From Macrostomum lignano (Eukaryota), in assembly GCA_002269645.1 (NCBI GenBank), contig NIVC01001100.1, positions 294,015 through 358,014 of the forward strand: 64,000 nucleotides of DNA. The letters run 5' to 3'. The stretch's first letter is position 1, and the number at the start of each line of letters is the position of its first letter. This document shows positions 26,570-38,700 of the stretch, in pieces. The translations under genes and the position numbers were made by a program. Under the pieces are notes generated by a model that ran no database searches, was not told where the DNA came from, and was given only the letters and a program-made list of their open reading frames with translations.

Positions 26570-29452
26570 TCAAAGCATAGCGACTGCTTCTTGACCATCG
26601 CGGCCTCGCGAATCCACGGCGACCTCAGTTTTACCCTCGCCGCCGCTGTCATCAGCCTCGCGGCGGCAGCAGGGAGCAGTTTGACGCAGCTTCAACCGAA
26701 CAGCCAGCAGCCACAGCAGTTCGGCAACTTCGGCCACGCAGACCACGGTGATTCCGCTGAACAGGGCGAGCAGCCCGCCAATCTGGCTGATGAACGCCGA
26801 CAATCCCAGTATCAAATTCTCCGATTGGACCTTGGCTTGATCTGGGCCGAACTGCAGAATCACGGTCATAAAGTTGTCCTCCAGGTAGGTGGTGCTTCGC
26901 AACAATTCCGTGGCTTCATCTTTGCGTCCAGCTTCGCGCAGTTGAATAGCCCGACTGTAGACTGACAACCGGTCTTCCATGTGGCCGTACAGACTGGTGT
27001 TCCAGATGTAGCGCTCAAATACGTCCAGCACCTGAACAGAGGGGTTGTTATTTTATTAGAGCCGCACTGTAAGCCACATTGTCGCACATTACTGCGCGCG
27101 GATTACAGGCACACACTCACACAGGAGTGTACAGCGGCCCTAACTTTATTTATCGTTAGGCATGTACACTTCACTGTGCCTTGGGGTTGGCCCTCAAGGA
27201 CGTTAATTGCACGAGCAGAGCCAAGCCGAGATTCCAATTTTAGGCCAAAATTATGCGACTGCACTTGGAATCGAGCCTGGGCCGCTGGCACATCAGAGCA
27301 CCGCGCCAGACCACTGGGCTAAGACCCCTCTAAGTAAGATAATAATATGTCTAAAATATTTATATTCTGTTCCTTCTGATCTGCCAGTCCTGTACACAGT
27401 CTCACTCAGTTCTCATGTCCTCATAGCTCGGGAGGCCTCAGCAGTCTCCACACTCGATAAGGCTGTGATTGGCTGTTCCTAACGGCAGCAAAGTACGCAC
27501 GCTCCACCCCTCTGTGCTTTTCATCCCAACCAGGTTTATTGCTAGGTTTATTGCACATTGCTCATTTCCTCACCGATAATAATAATAATAATTGATTACA
27601 CCTGCCCCAATTGGGCCAGATGTGCAACCGACAGCTCAGCCGCAGCTATTGCGCGGCGCATCTGAAGGCTGCGTACGGCTGTTCAGTCCAAGGACTGGGT
27701 GGTCGCCACACACACCCTCAATTACCCCAGCTAATGCTGGCACCCATTTTACAGCTGGGTGAACTGAAGCAATGCAGAGTTAAGTGTCTTGCTCAAGGAC
27801 ACAAATTGTCGCAGTGGGGCGGGAATCGAACCCCCGACCTTCATGTCGTGAGTCCGACGCTCTAACCACTAGGCTACGCTACAGCTTCCTCACCGAGTTC
27901 TTGTCGATACCCTTGGACTGGCTGCGGGCAACGCTGAACTGCACTTGCTGGCAGGGCTTCGGACAGTTCCGGGAGCTCTCCAGATCCTTGAAGCGCTCCC
28001 GGTGCTCTGGAGGTACCGGCAATCGGCCATCGACCTGTAGATTTTTGCAGTTGAAAAACTGATAATGACCCATGGAGAAACTATGAAGGGTGGCAGCTTT
28101 CCAAACCATAGCAGTCAGCTCACCTGCAGCACACAGTCCACCCTGTCCAGGTGGTGCAGCCCCACATCAGCCACACCGTAGTAGCGCTGCCTGTCAGCCA
28201 GTGGCTTCTGTCGGTGACAGACGGGCAGCGCGGACTCAAATCCGTGAGTCTCATCGTCCTCAATAGCGTGGGGCATAGAGTCCACAGAGCAGTTGCACAG
28301 CTCCTGGTACTTGTCGTGCCGGTGCAGCATCTCGCACAGGCTCTGAGAATACTTTGTGGACAAGCTCAAGCCCGAATACTGGAACTCGACATCCTCAGGC
28401 GTGGACTCCGAGCAGGACCGGCGCTGCATGCTGCGTGTGGCCTTCACCAGCACGAAGTTCTGCGTGCCCGGCATGACGCGCAGTCCGTTGTCGATGCTCA
28501 CCGGGTAGGAGTCGCGCTCGTGCAGGAACAGGATGGCCCCGGTGTTGAGGGTCTCCGGATCGTCCGGGATGCACTTGCTGCACTCCAAACTGTCCGTCTC
28601 CGAGTCCAGCACCAGGTGGAAGGTGACCCGCTCGGCGCTCTCCGCCACCGTGATTGTTGAGCAGGAAAAATAGCCGGGCACCTGAATAAAGTTGATCGTT
28701 ATAATCGATTGATTGCTAGGAAAACTATGAAAGGAACCAGCAAGTCTACGGATTTCATATTTGATTAAAAACACTCTGAAGTTCTGTGACTATGCTGTGA
28801 TGGTTGTGACTCGAGACGAGGCCTCTTGGAAGTGAGCTGTGTCCATTTTTTCAATCTAGACAAGCAATCAAGCCGGTACTAAATAATAAAAATACCTGCA
28901 GCTTTTCGACCCGCTGGCAAGCCTGGTTGATCAGCACTCCATTCTGATGCAGGTGCACGCTGCAGCTCTCGGACAGCACCAGCGGATCTTCGTGAAGCGC
29001 TGCCTGAAATTCGGTCAGCCGCAGGTGGTCGTGATAGGCTACAGGCGACAGCAACTTGGACAGAGCGGCCGCCTGCACCCGAGACTGGGTGGCGGCCGCC
29101 AGCTCCTTGACGTGTCGGCTGTAGGCACGGGGCGTCAGGTTGAACCTGCGCATGCCCGAGTAAGTCATGGGGCTCGCGTCGCAGATGGTGATGTTGGGAA
29201 ATGCCGGCCTCGGCGTCCACGGCTCGAATGCCAGAATGACGTCGCCGCGGATGTACACAAAGGTCAGCTTTACCACGTTGTACAGCAGCAGGAGGAAGAA
29301 GGCCAGCACGGCAACAAACCAGAGGGTGCGCAGGCCAGCGGACTTGGCGGACAGGATCCGAGGCAGGCCGCGGACAGACGTTCGCTTCAAACAGTCGAGA
29401 CACAGCGACCGGACTTCGGACTTTTCCTGCGGAGGTTTGGAGGCGACCACCC

Positions 29453-29511
<59 letters not shown>

Positions 29512-29516
29512 ATCAT
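26570..29516 (-). CDS. DEG/ENaC (amiloride-sensitive sodium channel family) subunit, ~593 aa; join complement(28896-29516, 28124-28681, 27894-28034, 26570-27031)
   Basis: N-terminal TSVRGLPRI..W followed by TM1 and the post-TM1 motif FPNITIC. The thumb is Cys-rich (CEM..YQELCNC..C..CPKPC). TM2 reads FISQIGGLLALFSGITVVCVAE. All three introns are GT-AG and phase 0, so the four ORF-track pieces join in frame. Confidence 0.92.
27085..27326 (-). mobile_element. tRNA-derived SINE family B, inside ENaC intron 3
   Basis: The minus strand has A-box TAGCCCAGTGG and B-box GGCTCGATTCC. The body (CAAGGCACAGTGAAGTGTACATG..TAAAGTTAGGGCCGCTGTACACTCCTGTGTGAG) is shared with 30196-30320. Confidence 0.8.
27577..27885 (-). 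mobile_element. Full-length SINE family A with (ATT)n tail and 11-bp TSD
   Basis: A/B boxes, a CORE-like block and an (ATT)5 tail. TTCCTCACCGA is duplicated at 27566-27576 and 27886-27896. Confidence 0.92.
29454..29507 (-). repeat. (CAG)18 encoding N-terminal polyQ of the ENaC subunit
   Basis: Uninterrupted CTG run on the + strand, in frame right after MMH. Confidence 0.95.
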
Positions 29517-29989
29517 GAGGGGTTAGCTAGCGGTGTGATGACGCAATTGCAAACTAAGCCAGGAGTTCTTCCGCTTCACAGATTTTAAATAAGGTTTTAT
29601 ACTCCGTTAAGATGTGTTTGATTGGCTGCTTGGATGCTGACCAATTGCAAGGCATTATTAAGGCCTCAAAGGAGAAGGCAAGGACTTCTAGGCTACGGAA
29701 CTGGCAAGAAAGTAGTTAATTGTGCATTGAGATGCTTCAATGCATGGAACCACAATGTTTTGTTTTTTTTTCACGTAAGAAATGAAAAATAAGTGAAAAA
29801 CAAGAGATCGATCTCCAAAATGTTAACCAGAGAACTGTTACTCTAGCTCGTACAGACACGAACATTAAAGACCGTCTTGCTCAACTGTTGAACAGAAGTT
29901 TTAAAGTAAAATTTTTCATTTTTCATAACTCCCATCAGTTTCAAAGTGTAACCAAAAGATTGTAGATAACAATGTGTGTAGTTGGTGCT

Positions 29990-30195
29990 GGCGCCCTTGG
30001 TGCTGGCGCCCTTGGTGCTGGCGCCCTTGGTGCTGGCGCCCCTTGGTGCTGGCGCCCTTGGTGCTGGCGCCCTTGGTGCTGGCGCCCTTGGTGCTGGCGC
30101 CCTTGGTGCTGGCGCCCTTGGTGCTGGCGCCCCTTGGTGCTGGCGCCCTTGGTGCTGGCGCCCTTGTTGGGTGCTGGCGCTCTTGGTGTTGGCGC
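29990..30195. repeat. 15/16-bp GC-rich minisatellite (GGTGCTGGCGCCCTT)
   Basis: Direct reading. Confidence 0.95.
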
Positions 30196-30320
30196 CGCCG
30201 CTCGTGCAATTAGCCAACCCCCCCAAGGCACAATGAAGTGTACATGTCTAATGTTAAATAAAGTTAGGGCCGCTGTACACTCCTGTGTGAGTTGTGCCTG
30301 TGCGTATGACTGCGTACATA
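30196..30320 (+). mobile_element. 3' fragment of SINE family B
   Basis: Matches the reverse complement of the body of 27085-27326. Confidence 0.75.
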
Positions 30321-31013
30321 TCTGCACGCTTGTGTGCCTGCTCAGGGGAAGTCGGCGGAATGGGCAGCAATGCCTCTCGCCACCCTGATTATTTTACATT
30401 AATGTACTTGATCAGCATAGTAGACGTAGACAGACAATGCATGTCCGTTAGATACAATGAAACTCAATTATCCTTAACGAGTTAGACGTCTTAGAGGACA
30501 AACAGTGCTGGTAATCAGCATTATATTCTAGTACATGTATTTGTGCGGCCCATTGCTGAGATGCACTCAGTAAAGGTTCAGTAATTCTCGCCCACTAATT
30601 GGTCATGAACCGTTTGTAATTTAATTTACTGTCTGGTGAAGGGCGAGCTCACCAGTTCAGCTTGTAAACGGATAAAGGCTTCTAGCGCAGGAGTCTTGAA
30701 GACGTTTTACGTTTCACTCATTTGATGGACAAATACCGCAGGATGTGATAGTGAGGTACGAGTATTGATAAGGCGGCTGAGCTGATCTGGGAGGGCGGCT
30801 GTAGTGGCCCAATGCAGCAAGTGAGGATCCATAGACAGCTGAAGTAGGAGGAAGCTAAACTCGATTTTCTTAGAACTGTGCTCGAGGGGAAATTTTATAT
30901 TTGTTTTATCGTCAGTGCATTGGGTATATGCTTTCGAGAACGCATAGGCTGAATGGGGGTTGTCATAGACGAATGCGGTTAAGAAACATCCGAGCTAGAA
31001 ACAGCTCGCACCC

Positions 31014-33205
31014 ACCAACTGAGGATCTGGGAGGCTGGCATTGGTAGCCCAGCAACTGAGGATCTGGAAGGCTGGCATTGGTAGCCCAGCAACTGGGGAT
31101 CTGGGAGGCTGGCATTGGTAGCCCAGCAACTGAGGATCTGGAAGGCTGGCATTGGTAGCCCAGCAACTGGGGATCTGGGAGGCTGGCATTGGTAGCCCAG
31201 CAACTGAGGATCTGGAAGGCTGGCATTGGTAGCCCAGCAACTGAGGATCAGGGAGGCTGGCATTGGTAGCCCAGCAACTGAGGATCTGGAAGGCTGGCAT
31301 TGGTAGCCCAGCAACTGAGGATCTGGAAGGCTGGCATTGGTAGCCCAGCAACTGAGGATCAGGGAGGCTGGCATTGGTAGCCCAGCAACTGAGGATCTGG
31401 GAGGCTGGCATTGGTAGCCCAGCAACTGAGGATCAGGGAGGCTGGCATCGGTAGCCCAGCAACTGAGGATCTGGGAGGCTGGCATCGGTAGCCCAGCAAC
31501 TGAGGATCAGGGAGGCTGGCATTGGTAGCCCAGCAACTGAGGATCTGGGAGGCTGGCATTGGTAGCCCAGCAACTGGGGATCAGGGAGGCTGGCATGGGT
31601 AGCCCAGCAACTGAGGATCTGGAAGGCTGGCATTGGTAGCCCAGCAACTGGGGATCTGGGAGGCTGGCATTGGTAGCCCAGCAACTGAGGATCTGGAAGG
31701 CTGGCATTGGTAGCCCAGCAACTGAGGATCAGGGAGGCTGGCATGGGTAGCCCAGCAACTGAGGATCTGGGAGGCTGGCATTGGTAGCCCAGCAACTGAG
31801 GATCAGGGAGGCTGGCATCGGTAGCCCAGCAACTGAGGATCTGGGAGGCTGGCATTGGTAGCCCAGCAACTGAGGATCTGGAAGGCTGGCATTGGTAGCC
31901 CAGCAACTGGGGATCTGGGAGGCTGGCATTGGTAGCCCAGCAACTGAGGATCTGGAAGGCTGGCATTGGTAGCCCAGCAACTGAGGATCTGGAAGGCTGG
32001 CATTGGTAGCCCAGCAACTGGGGATCTGGGAGCTGCTGGCATTGGTAGCCCAGCAACTGAGGATCAGGGAGGCTGGCATTGGTAGCCCAGCAACTGAGGA
32101 TCAGGGAGGCTGGCATTGGTAGCCCAGCAACTGGGGATCTGGGAGGCTGGCATTGGTAGCCCAGCAACTGGGGATCTGGGAGGCTGGCATTGGTAGCCCA
32201 GCAACTGGGGATCTGGAAGGCTGGCATTGGTAGCCCAGCAACTGAGGATCTGGGAGGCTGGCATGGGTAGCCCAGCAACTGAGGATCAGGGAGGCTGGCA
32301 TCGGTAGCCCAGCAACTGAGGATCTGGGAGGCTGGCATTGGTAGCCCAGCAACTGAAGATCTGGAAGGCTGGCATTGGTAGCCCAGCAACTGGGGATCTG
32401 GGAGGCTGGCATTGGTAGCCCAGCAACTGAGGATCTGGAAGGCTGGCATTGGTAGCCCAGCAACTGAGGATCAGGGAGGCTGGCATTGGTAGCCCAGCAA
32501 CTGAGGATCTGGGAGGCTGGCATTGGTAGCCCAGCAACTGAGGATCTGGGAGGCTGGCATTGGTAGCCCAGCAACTGAGGATCTGGAAGGCTGGCATTGG
32601 TAGCCCAGCAACTGAGGATCTGGGAGGCTGGCATCGGTAGCCCAGCAACTGAGGATCTGGAAGGCTGGCATTGGTAGCCCAGCAACTGAGGATCTGGAAG
32701 GCTGGCATTGGTAGCCCAGCAACTGAGGATCAGGGAGGCTGGCATTGGTGGCCCAGCAACTGAGGATCTGGGAGGCTGGCATTGGTAGCCCAGCAACTGA
32801 GGATCTGGGAGGCTGGCATGGGTAGCCCAGCAACTGAGGATCTGGAAGGCTAGCATCGGTAGCCCAGCAACTGAGGATCTGGGAGGCTGGCATGGGTAGC
32901 CCAGCAACTGAGGATCTGGAAGGCTAGCATCGGTAGCCCAGCAACTGAGGATCTGGGAGGCTGGCATGGGTAGCCCAGCAACTGGGGATCTGGGAGGCTG
33001 GCCCAGCAACTGAGGATCTGGGAGGCTGGCATCGGTAGCCCAGCAACTGAGGATCTGGGAGGCTGGCCCAGCAACTGTGGATCTGGGAGGCTGGCCCAGC
33101 AACTGTGGACCTGGGAGGCTGGCCCAACAACTAGGGATCTGGGAGGGTGGCGTTGGTGGCCCAGCAACTGGGGATCTGGGAGGCTGGCCTAGCAACTCAG
33201 GATCT
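31014..33205. repeat. 37-bp minisatellite (GAGGATCTGGGAGGCTGGCATTGGTAGCCCAGCAACT), ~59 copies, with 28-bp units at its right end
   Basis: Direct reading. Confidence 0.97.
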
Positions 33206-34874
33206 GGGATGGCAGCGAAGGCCCAGTACATGTAGAGAATCACCAGTGACCTGATTACAGGTATTCAGTCTAGTGCCACAGAAGACTGCAGTTTCCATAA
33301 AAACTGTTTGCATGGGTGCAGTTCGTACTACTTAGTAGATGCAAAAGCAGTAGCACGATCGGGATTGAATCCGCGCCTATCACAACCGAGTGTATGGAAG
33401 TTGCATATCACTCAGTAGTATAAAGGAGACTTTTTGTTACTAAAAATGACTAATACTTATTGGACTACTGACACACTCAATTTTACACAGCTCAACTTGT
33501 TAGTGCAGCAAATTTAGCCCTGCATATCAACTTTGTGTATTTGTGTATATATAGATTTACTATAATTTATATAATAGATGTTAGATCTAGTTCGCTAAGC
33601 CTAAGTAGTACAGATCCACAACGAACAACAAACAGACCAACACTTATCAAGTAGTATGCGTTGCGTGTGTGACGATGAATAACAAAAAAGGAGCAGGAAA
33701 GGTTTTTTTAGAATTTCTTTATTATTTAATTAAAAAAGGACACACAGACATTTCAAAAAAACTGGTTTGTTTGCTTGTAGCGCGAAAATTTAACTGTTCT
33801 AAAAACACTCGCTCGTTTAGATTAGTTTCAACTTTTATCGCTTTCTAAGATCGATCAAAAATACGCACACACGGTAGCCTATAGTGAAATCATATGGACA
33901 GCATGTACTTGCTAGGGGGTTTGTATGTACACCAATCTGCCGAGAGAATGGAGCGAGACAACACGGGCATGAATGAGCGCAGGCAAAAGAAGTCTCTAAA
34001 TTGAACCTGAAATTGCATATCTATGTAGAATTAGAGTACAAACAATAATTAAACGCTCACACTTAACTACTGACGCTAAGTAGTAAGCACTAATTAGTTG
34101 GGCCTATGGCTAGCGCAGAGGACTAAAAAAACACGCAGAAAAAGTGATTTATATAAAGAGAAGTGAGCAACGCATGTTATAGTGAATAGAGTTACACAGA
34201 TAATATTAGTTATAACTGAACTGGTGCTCTCATTATTACCTTGATTATTTGCGCGTCTCCAGACGACGAGGATTTTGTTTAAACAAAAATAATAACACAA
34301 AACACGGCAATTAACCAATTAGTAAGACAGTAATAAAATGAATCAATTAAGTAGTCAATATTTTAGTGCGTAGAACAACTTAAAAATCTTCCGTCAGCCA
34401 GCGAGCAAAGAAGCAAATTATTATCATAATACAAAATAGAGGGAGGACCCGAGCTATGTTCTTGTTGCCAGGGGGTTATAATTAACATATGCGACAGTAG
34501 TGTTAGCACAGGAGACAAAGATGCCTTACTGATTACCACATTAGCAATAAAACTATATTTAACAATAGTATTCTTATTAATGCCACGCACAGGTACACAG
34601 TGTGTAAGAAAGAAAAAATAAAGCAAACATTTTTTATGACGATTTCCACCGCAAATATTTACTATTAAAAGCCGGCTTCTAGTTGAAAACGCGGTTGGAT
34701 TAACACAGACGAGTGGGCCAACTTAATAATTTGCCCAAAAAAATAAACATACAGCGGGAACAACATAGATACACTTACAAACATATAAGCAAACAGGGTG
34801 GTTAACGGAAACAAGAAAGTAAATCTCAGAGAGTAAACAGATCTTAAGGGGTTGGGGAAGGGAAAACGCACCAG

Positions 34875-35232
34875 AGGGAGGCACCGGCGCTAGTCTTCTA
34901 TACTAAAATGGACAGTGAAGCACTGACTGAACGGGAGCAGTGAAACCCACCCCAGAAGGGGGGCACCAGCGCTAGTCTTCTATACTAAAATGGACAGTGA
35001 AGCACTGACTGAACGGGAGCAGTGAAACCCACCCCAGAAGGGGGGCACCAGTGCTAGTCTTCTATACTAAAATGGACAGTGAAGCACTGACTGAACGGGA
35101 GCAGTGAAACCCACCCCAGAAGGGGGGCACCAGTGCTAGTCTTCTATACTAAAATGGACAGTGAAGCACTGACTGAACGGGAGCAGTGAAACCCACCCAA
35201 GAGGGGGGCACCGGCGCTAGTCTTCTATACTA
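34875..35232. repeat. 82-bp tandem repeat, ~4.3 copies, in the probable GSK3 3' UTR
   Basis: GCACC(G/A)G(C/T)GCTAGTCTTCTATACTAA starts at 34881, 34963, 35045, 35127 and 35208. Confidence 0.93.
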
Positions 35233-35728
35233 ACGAATGGAGTGTAAACCGGTCTCCGGCCCATACTGGAATAACAGTAAAAAGTGCAAAAAATCAATGG
35301 GGAACCGCCTAATGGGACTTTTATATATTTTGTGGAGGATCTAAATATTAGGAGGGGCGCAGGGTCAGTGCTGTAAGCAACACATCAATCAGCGAAAATT
35401 AATCGAACATATAATAGTAGTCGAATCAATGCGTACATAGAAACATATATATATATGTATATTATATTTAATTTTCAAGAGACAGATGAATACGAAACAG
35501 GCTAAACATTTTGGGAGGAAAGGGAGGGGCAGGCAGCAGAGCTGATTCAGTCAGTTTGGGCATAAAAACTGAAACTGGATTAACAAAAAACTTTGCACAA
35601 TTTCATAAGGTCCACAATCGATTTTTAGTGTTTTCCCAAAGTTCCTCTCCTGTCTTATACTATTGAATCGAACTTCCAAAAGTTGTATTGAGGACATTTA
35701 AGGTTGTCGAAATCGATTTATCTCAACC

Positions 35729-38700
35729 TTAAAGTCCGCCGCCGCCGCCTGAGGCCTCCGACTGACCGGCGGTTTCAGACGATTTTGCCGCGGCGGCGCC
35801 CTCGCTGCCACCGGTGCTCGAGGCGGCAGCGGCAGCAGCGGCGGCCATGTTCATGGCGTGCGGCGGAATCAGCGTACTGTTCAGCTCCGGCTTGATGGCC
35901 AGCTCTGTGAATGGGGGGGGGGGCAGATGGAGCGGATTGAAGGGGCCTGATGGATGCGGTCGCTATGGGAGCGGCTGATTGAGTAGGGGGCGGATGGGAG
36001 TGGCTGATTGAGTAGGGGCGGATGGGAGTGGCTGACTGAGTAGGGAGCGGATGGGAGCGGCTGATTGAGTAGGGGCGGATGGGAGTGGCTGACTGAGTAG
36101 GGAGCGGATGGGAGCGGCTGATTGAGTAGGGGCGGATGGGAGTGGCTGATTGAGTAGGGAGCGGATGGGAGCGGCTGATTGAGTAGGGGCGGATGGGAGT
36201 GGCTGACTGAGTAGGGAGCGGATGGGAGTGGCTGATTGAGTAGGGGCGGATGGGAGCGGCTGATTGAGTAGGGGCGGATGGGAGTGGCTGATTGAGTAGG
36301 GAGCGGATGGGAGCGGCTGATTGAGTAGGGGCGGATGGGAGTGGCTGACTGAGTAGGGAGCGGATGGGAGTGGCTGATTGAGTAGGGGCGGATGGGAGTG
36401 GCTGACTGAGTAGGGAGCGGATGGGAGTGGCTGATTGAGTAGGGGCGGATGGGAGTGGCTGACTGAGATGCTAAATGGAAGATGGGGGCGGATTGGAGCG
36501 ACCGATGGACGAGTAGACAAACATGGAGCAGACGAAGGAGCGATACACTTGCCAGATAGATGTTAGCTTAGTAAAACATTTGAGCACACTATAAATATGA
36601 CACTCAGCTCACCAGCAGGTGTAAAATTGAACAGCGGAGGCAGCGGCTTGTTGCCAGGCAGCCTGGTGCCCTCGAGGCGCAGCTCGTCGAAGAACGGATG
36701 GCAGCAGGCCTCCAGCGGGCTGATGCGCAGCTGCGGAGTGTACTCAAGCAGCCGGCTGACCAGGTTGATGGCCTCTGGCGGCGTGCGGGGCCGGAAAACC
36801 TTGGCCCACGGGTGGCTGCGGGATTGTGGGAGCAGCGATTTAGAGAGTTCTCACACCGAGTGAAATTTCAATTGTCACACCGATTCAAGAGTGAAGTCTC
36901 TTGAAACAGGCATAAAAGCCAAAAAAACACAATTGATCCAAAGAACTCTCTCACCCCTTGATTTGCGGAAACTTGAAATCCGTATAGTTGGGATTCATCT
37001 CGCTGATCTGCTCTCTGGTCGGGGTGCCCAGCACCTTGATGATCTCCACCAGCTGGTCGACTCCGGTCTCTCCTGGATAGATCGGCTTGCCCAGCAGCAG
37101 CTCGGCCAGCACGCAGCCCGCAGACCAGACATCTGAGTGGGTTGGGGCGGCAGCGGCAGGCTCAGCTCAGTTCAGTGTGTAACTAACGGTGAGCGCTGAG
37201 AACTTGTGAGATTCGATTAGGGTAGTTTTAAAGGGACAGCCCGAATCTGAGCAGCTGGAAGGCTGGTATTGGCGGCCCAGCAACGAGGATCTGAATAGGG
37301 TGGAAAATAAACTGAGGATCTGGGAGGCTGGCCCAGCAGCTGAGGATCTGGGAGGCTGGCCCAGCAGCTGAGGATCTTGAAGGCTGGCCCAGCAGCTGAG
37401 GATCTGGGAGGCTGGCCCAGCAGCTGAGGATCTTGAAGGCTGGCCCAGCAGCTGAGGATCTGGGAGGCTGCTGGCCCAGCAACTGAGGATCTGGGAGGCT
37501 GGCCCAGCAGCTGAGGATCTGGGAGGCTGGCCCAGCAACTGAGGATCTGGGAGGCTGGCCCAGCAACTGAGGATCTGGGAGGCTGGCCCAGCAACTGAGG
37601 ATCTGGGAGGCTGGCCCAGCAGCTGAGGATCTGGGAGGCTGGCCCAGCAGCTGAGGATCTTGGAGGCTGGCCCAGCAGCTGAGGATCTGGGAGGCTGGCC
37701 CAGCAGCTGAGGATCTTGAAGGCTGGCCCAGCAGCTGAGGATCTGGGAGGCTGCTGGCCCAGCAACTGAGGATCTGGGAGGCTGGCCCAGCAGCTGAGGA
37801 TCTGGGAGGCTGGCCCAGCAACTGAGGATCTGGGAGGCTGGCCCAGCAACTGAGGATCTGGGAGGCTGGCCCAGCAACTGAGGATCTGGGAGGCTGGCCC
37901 AGCAACTGAGGATCTGGGAGGCTGGCCCAGCAACTGAGGATCTGGGAGGCTGGCCCAGCAAACTGAAGACTCACCAATCTGGCAGGTGTAGTTGGTGGCC
38001 CCGAAGATGAGCTCGGGGGCCCGGTAGTAGCGGCTGCAGATGTAGGACACATTCGGCTCGCCCCGCTGCAGGTGCTTAGCGCTGCCGAAGTCGCAGAGCT
38101 TGAGCACACCAGACTCAGGGTCCAGCAGCAGATTCTGCGGCTTGATGTCGCGGTGGCAAATGCCTTTGCTGTGTATATAACTCAGCGAGCGGAACATTTG
38201 GTACATGTAGAGCTTGATGAACAGCACAGGTATGGTCTGCATCTGCTTGCTGTAGTGCCGGCACACCCGGTACACGGTCTCCGGGATGAACTCCAGCACC
38301 AGGTTCAGGTACACTTCATCCTTCTGCGATACGGATGTGGAAGGGTGCGAATTTATTGCTGCAATACGAAATACAACTCGTAATTTAGAGCTTTAAGCCT
38401 TCCGCTAGCTCAGACAAACTGTCCGCTGAAGTTGAGTCGTCACAAACAGACGAACTGTTCATTACTGGAGTGAAAAATCGCCCAAGGTAGACATTTAAGC
38501 ATGCACTTTCATAAGACCTCAACTTTATGAGACGTAAACGTCAAAGACCTAAACTTCACAAGATCCAAACTTCACAAGAAATAAACCTAAAAGACCTAAA
38601 CTCCAAAGACCTAGACTTCAAAGACCTAGACTTCACAAGACCTAAATCTGAAAGACCTAGACTTCAAAAGACCTAAACTTCACAAAACCTAAACTTCACA

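Noticed and set aside
37217-37974. ORF-track 365-aa 'kinase with repetitive C-terminus'
   Set aside because: Read-through past the exon-3 donor (G|GTGAGT at 37974) into an intronic minisatellite. The true kinase continues at 37132.
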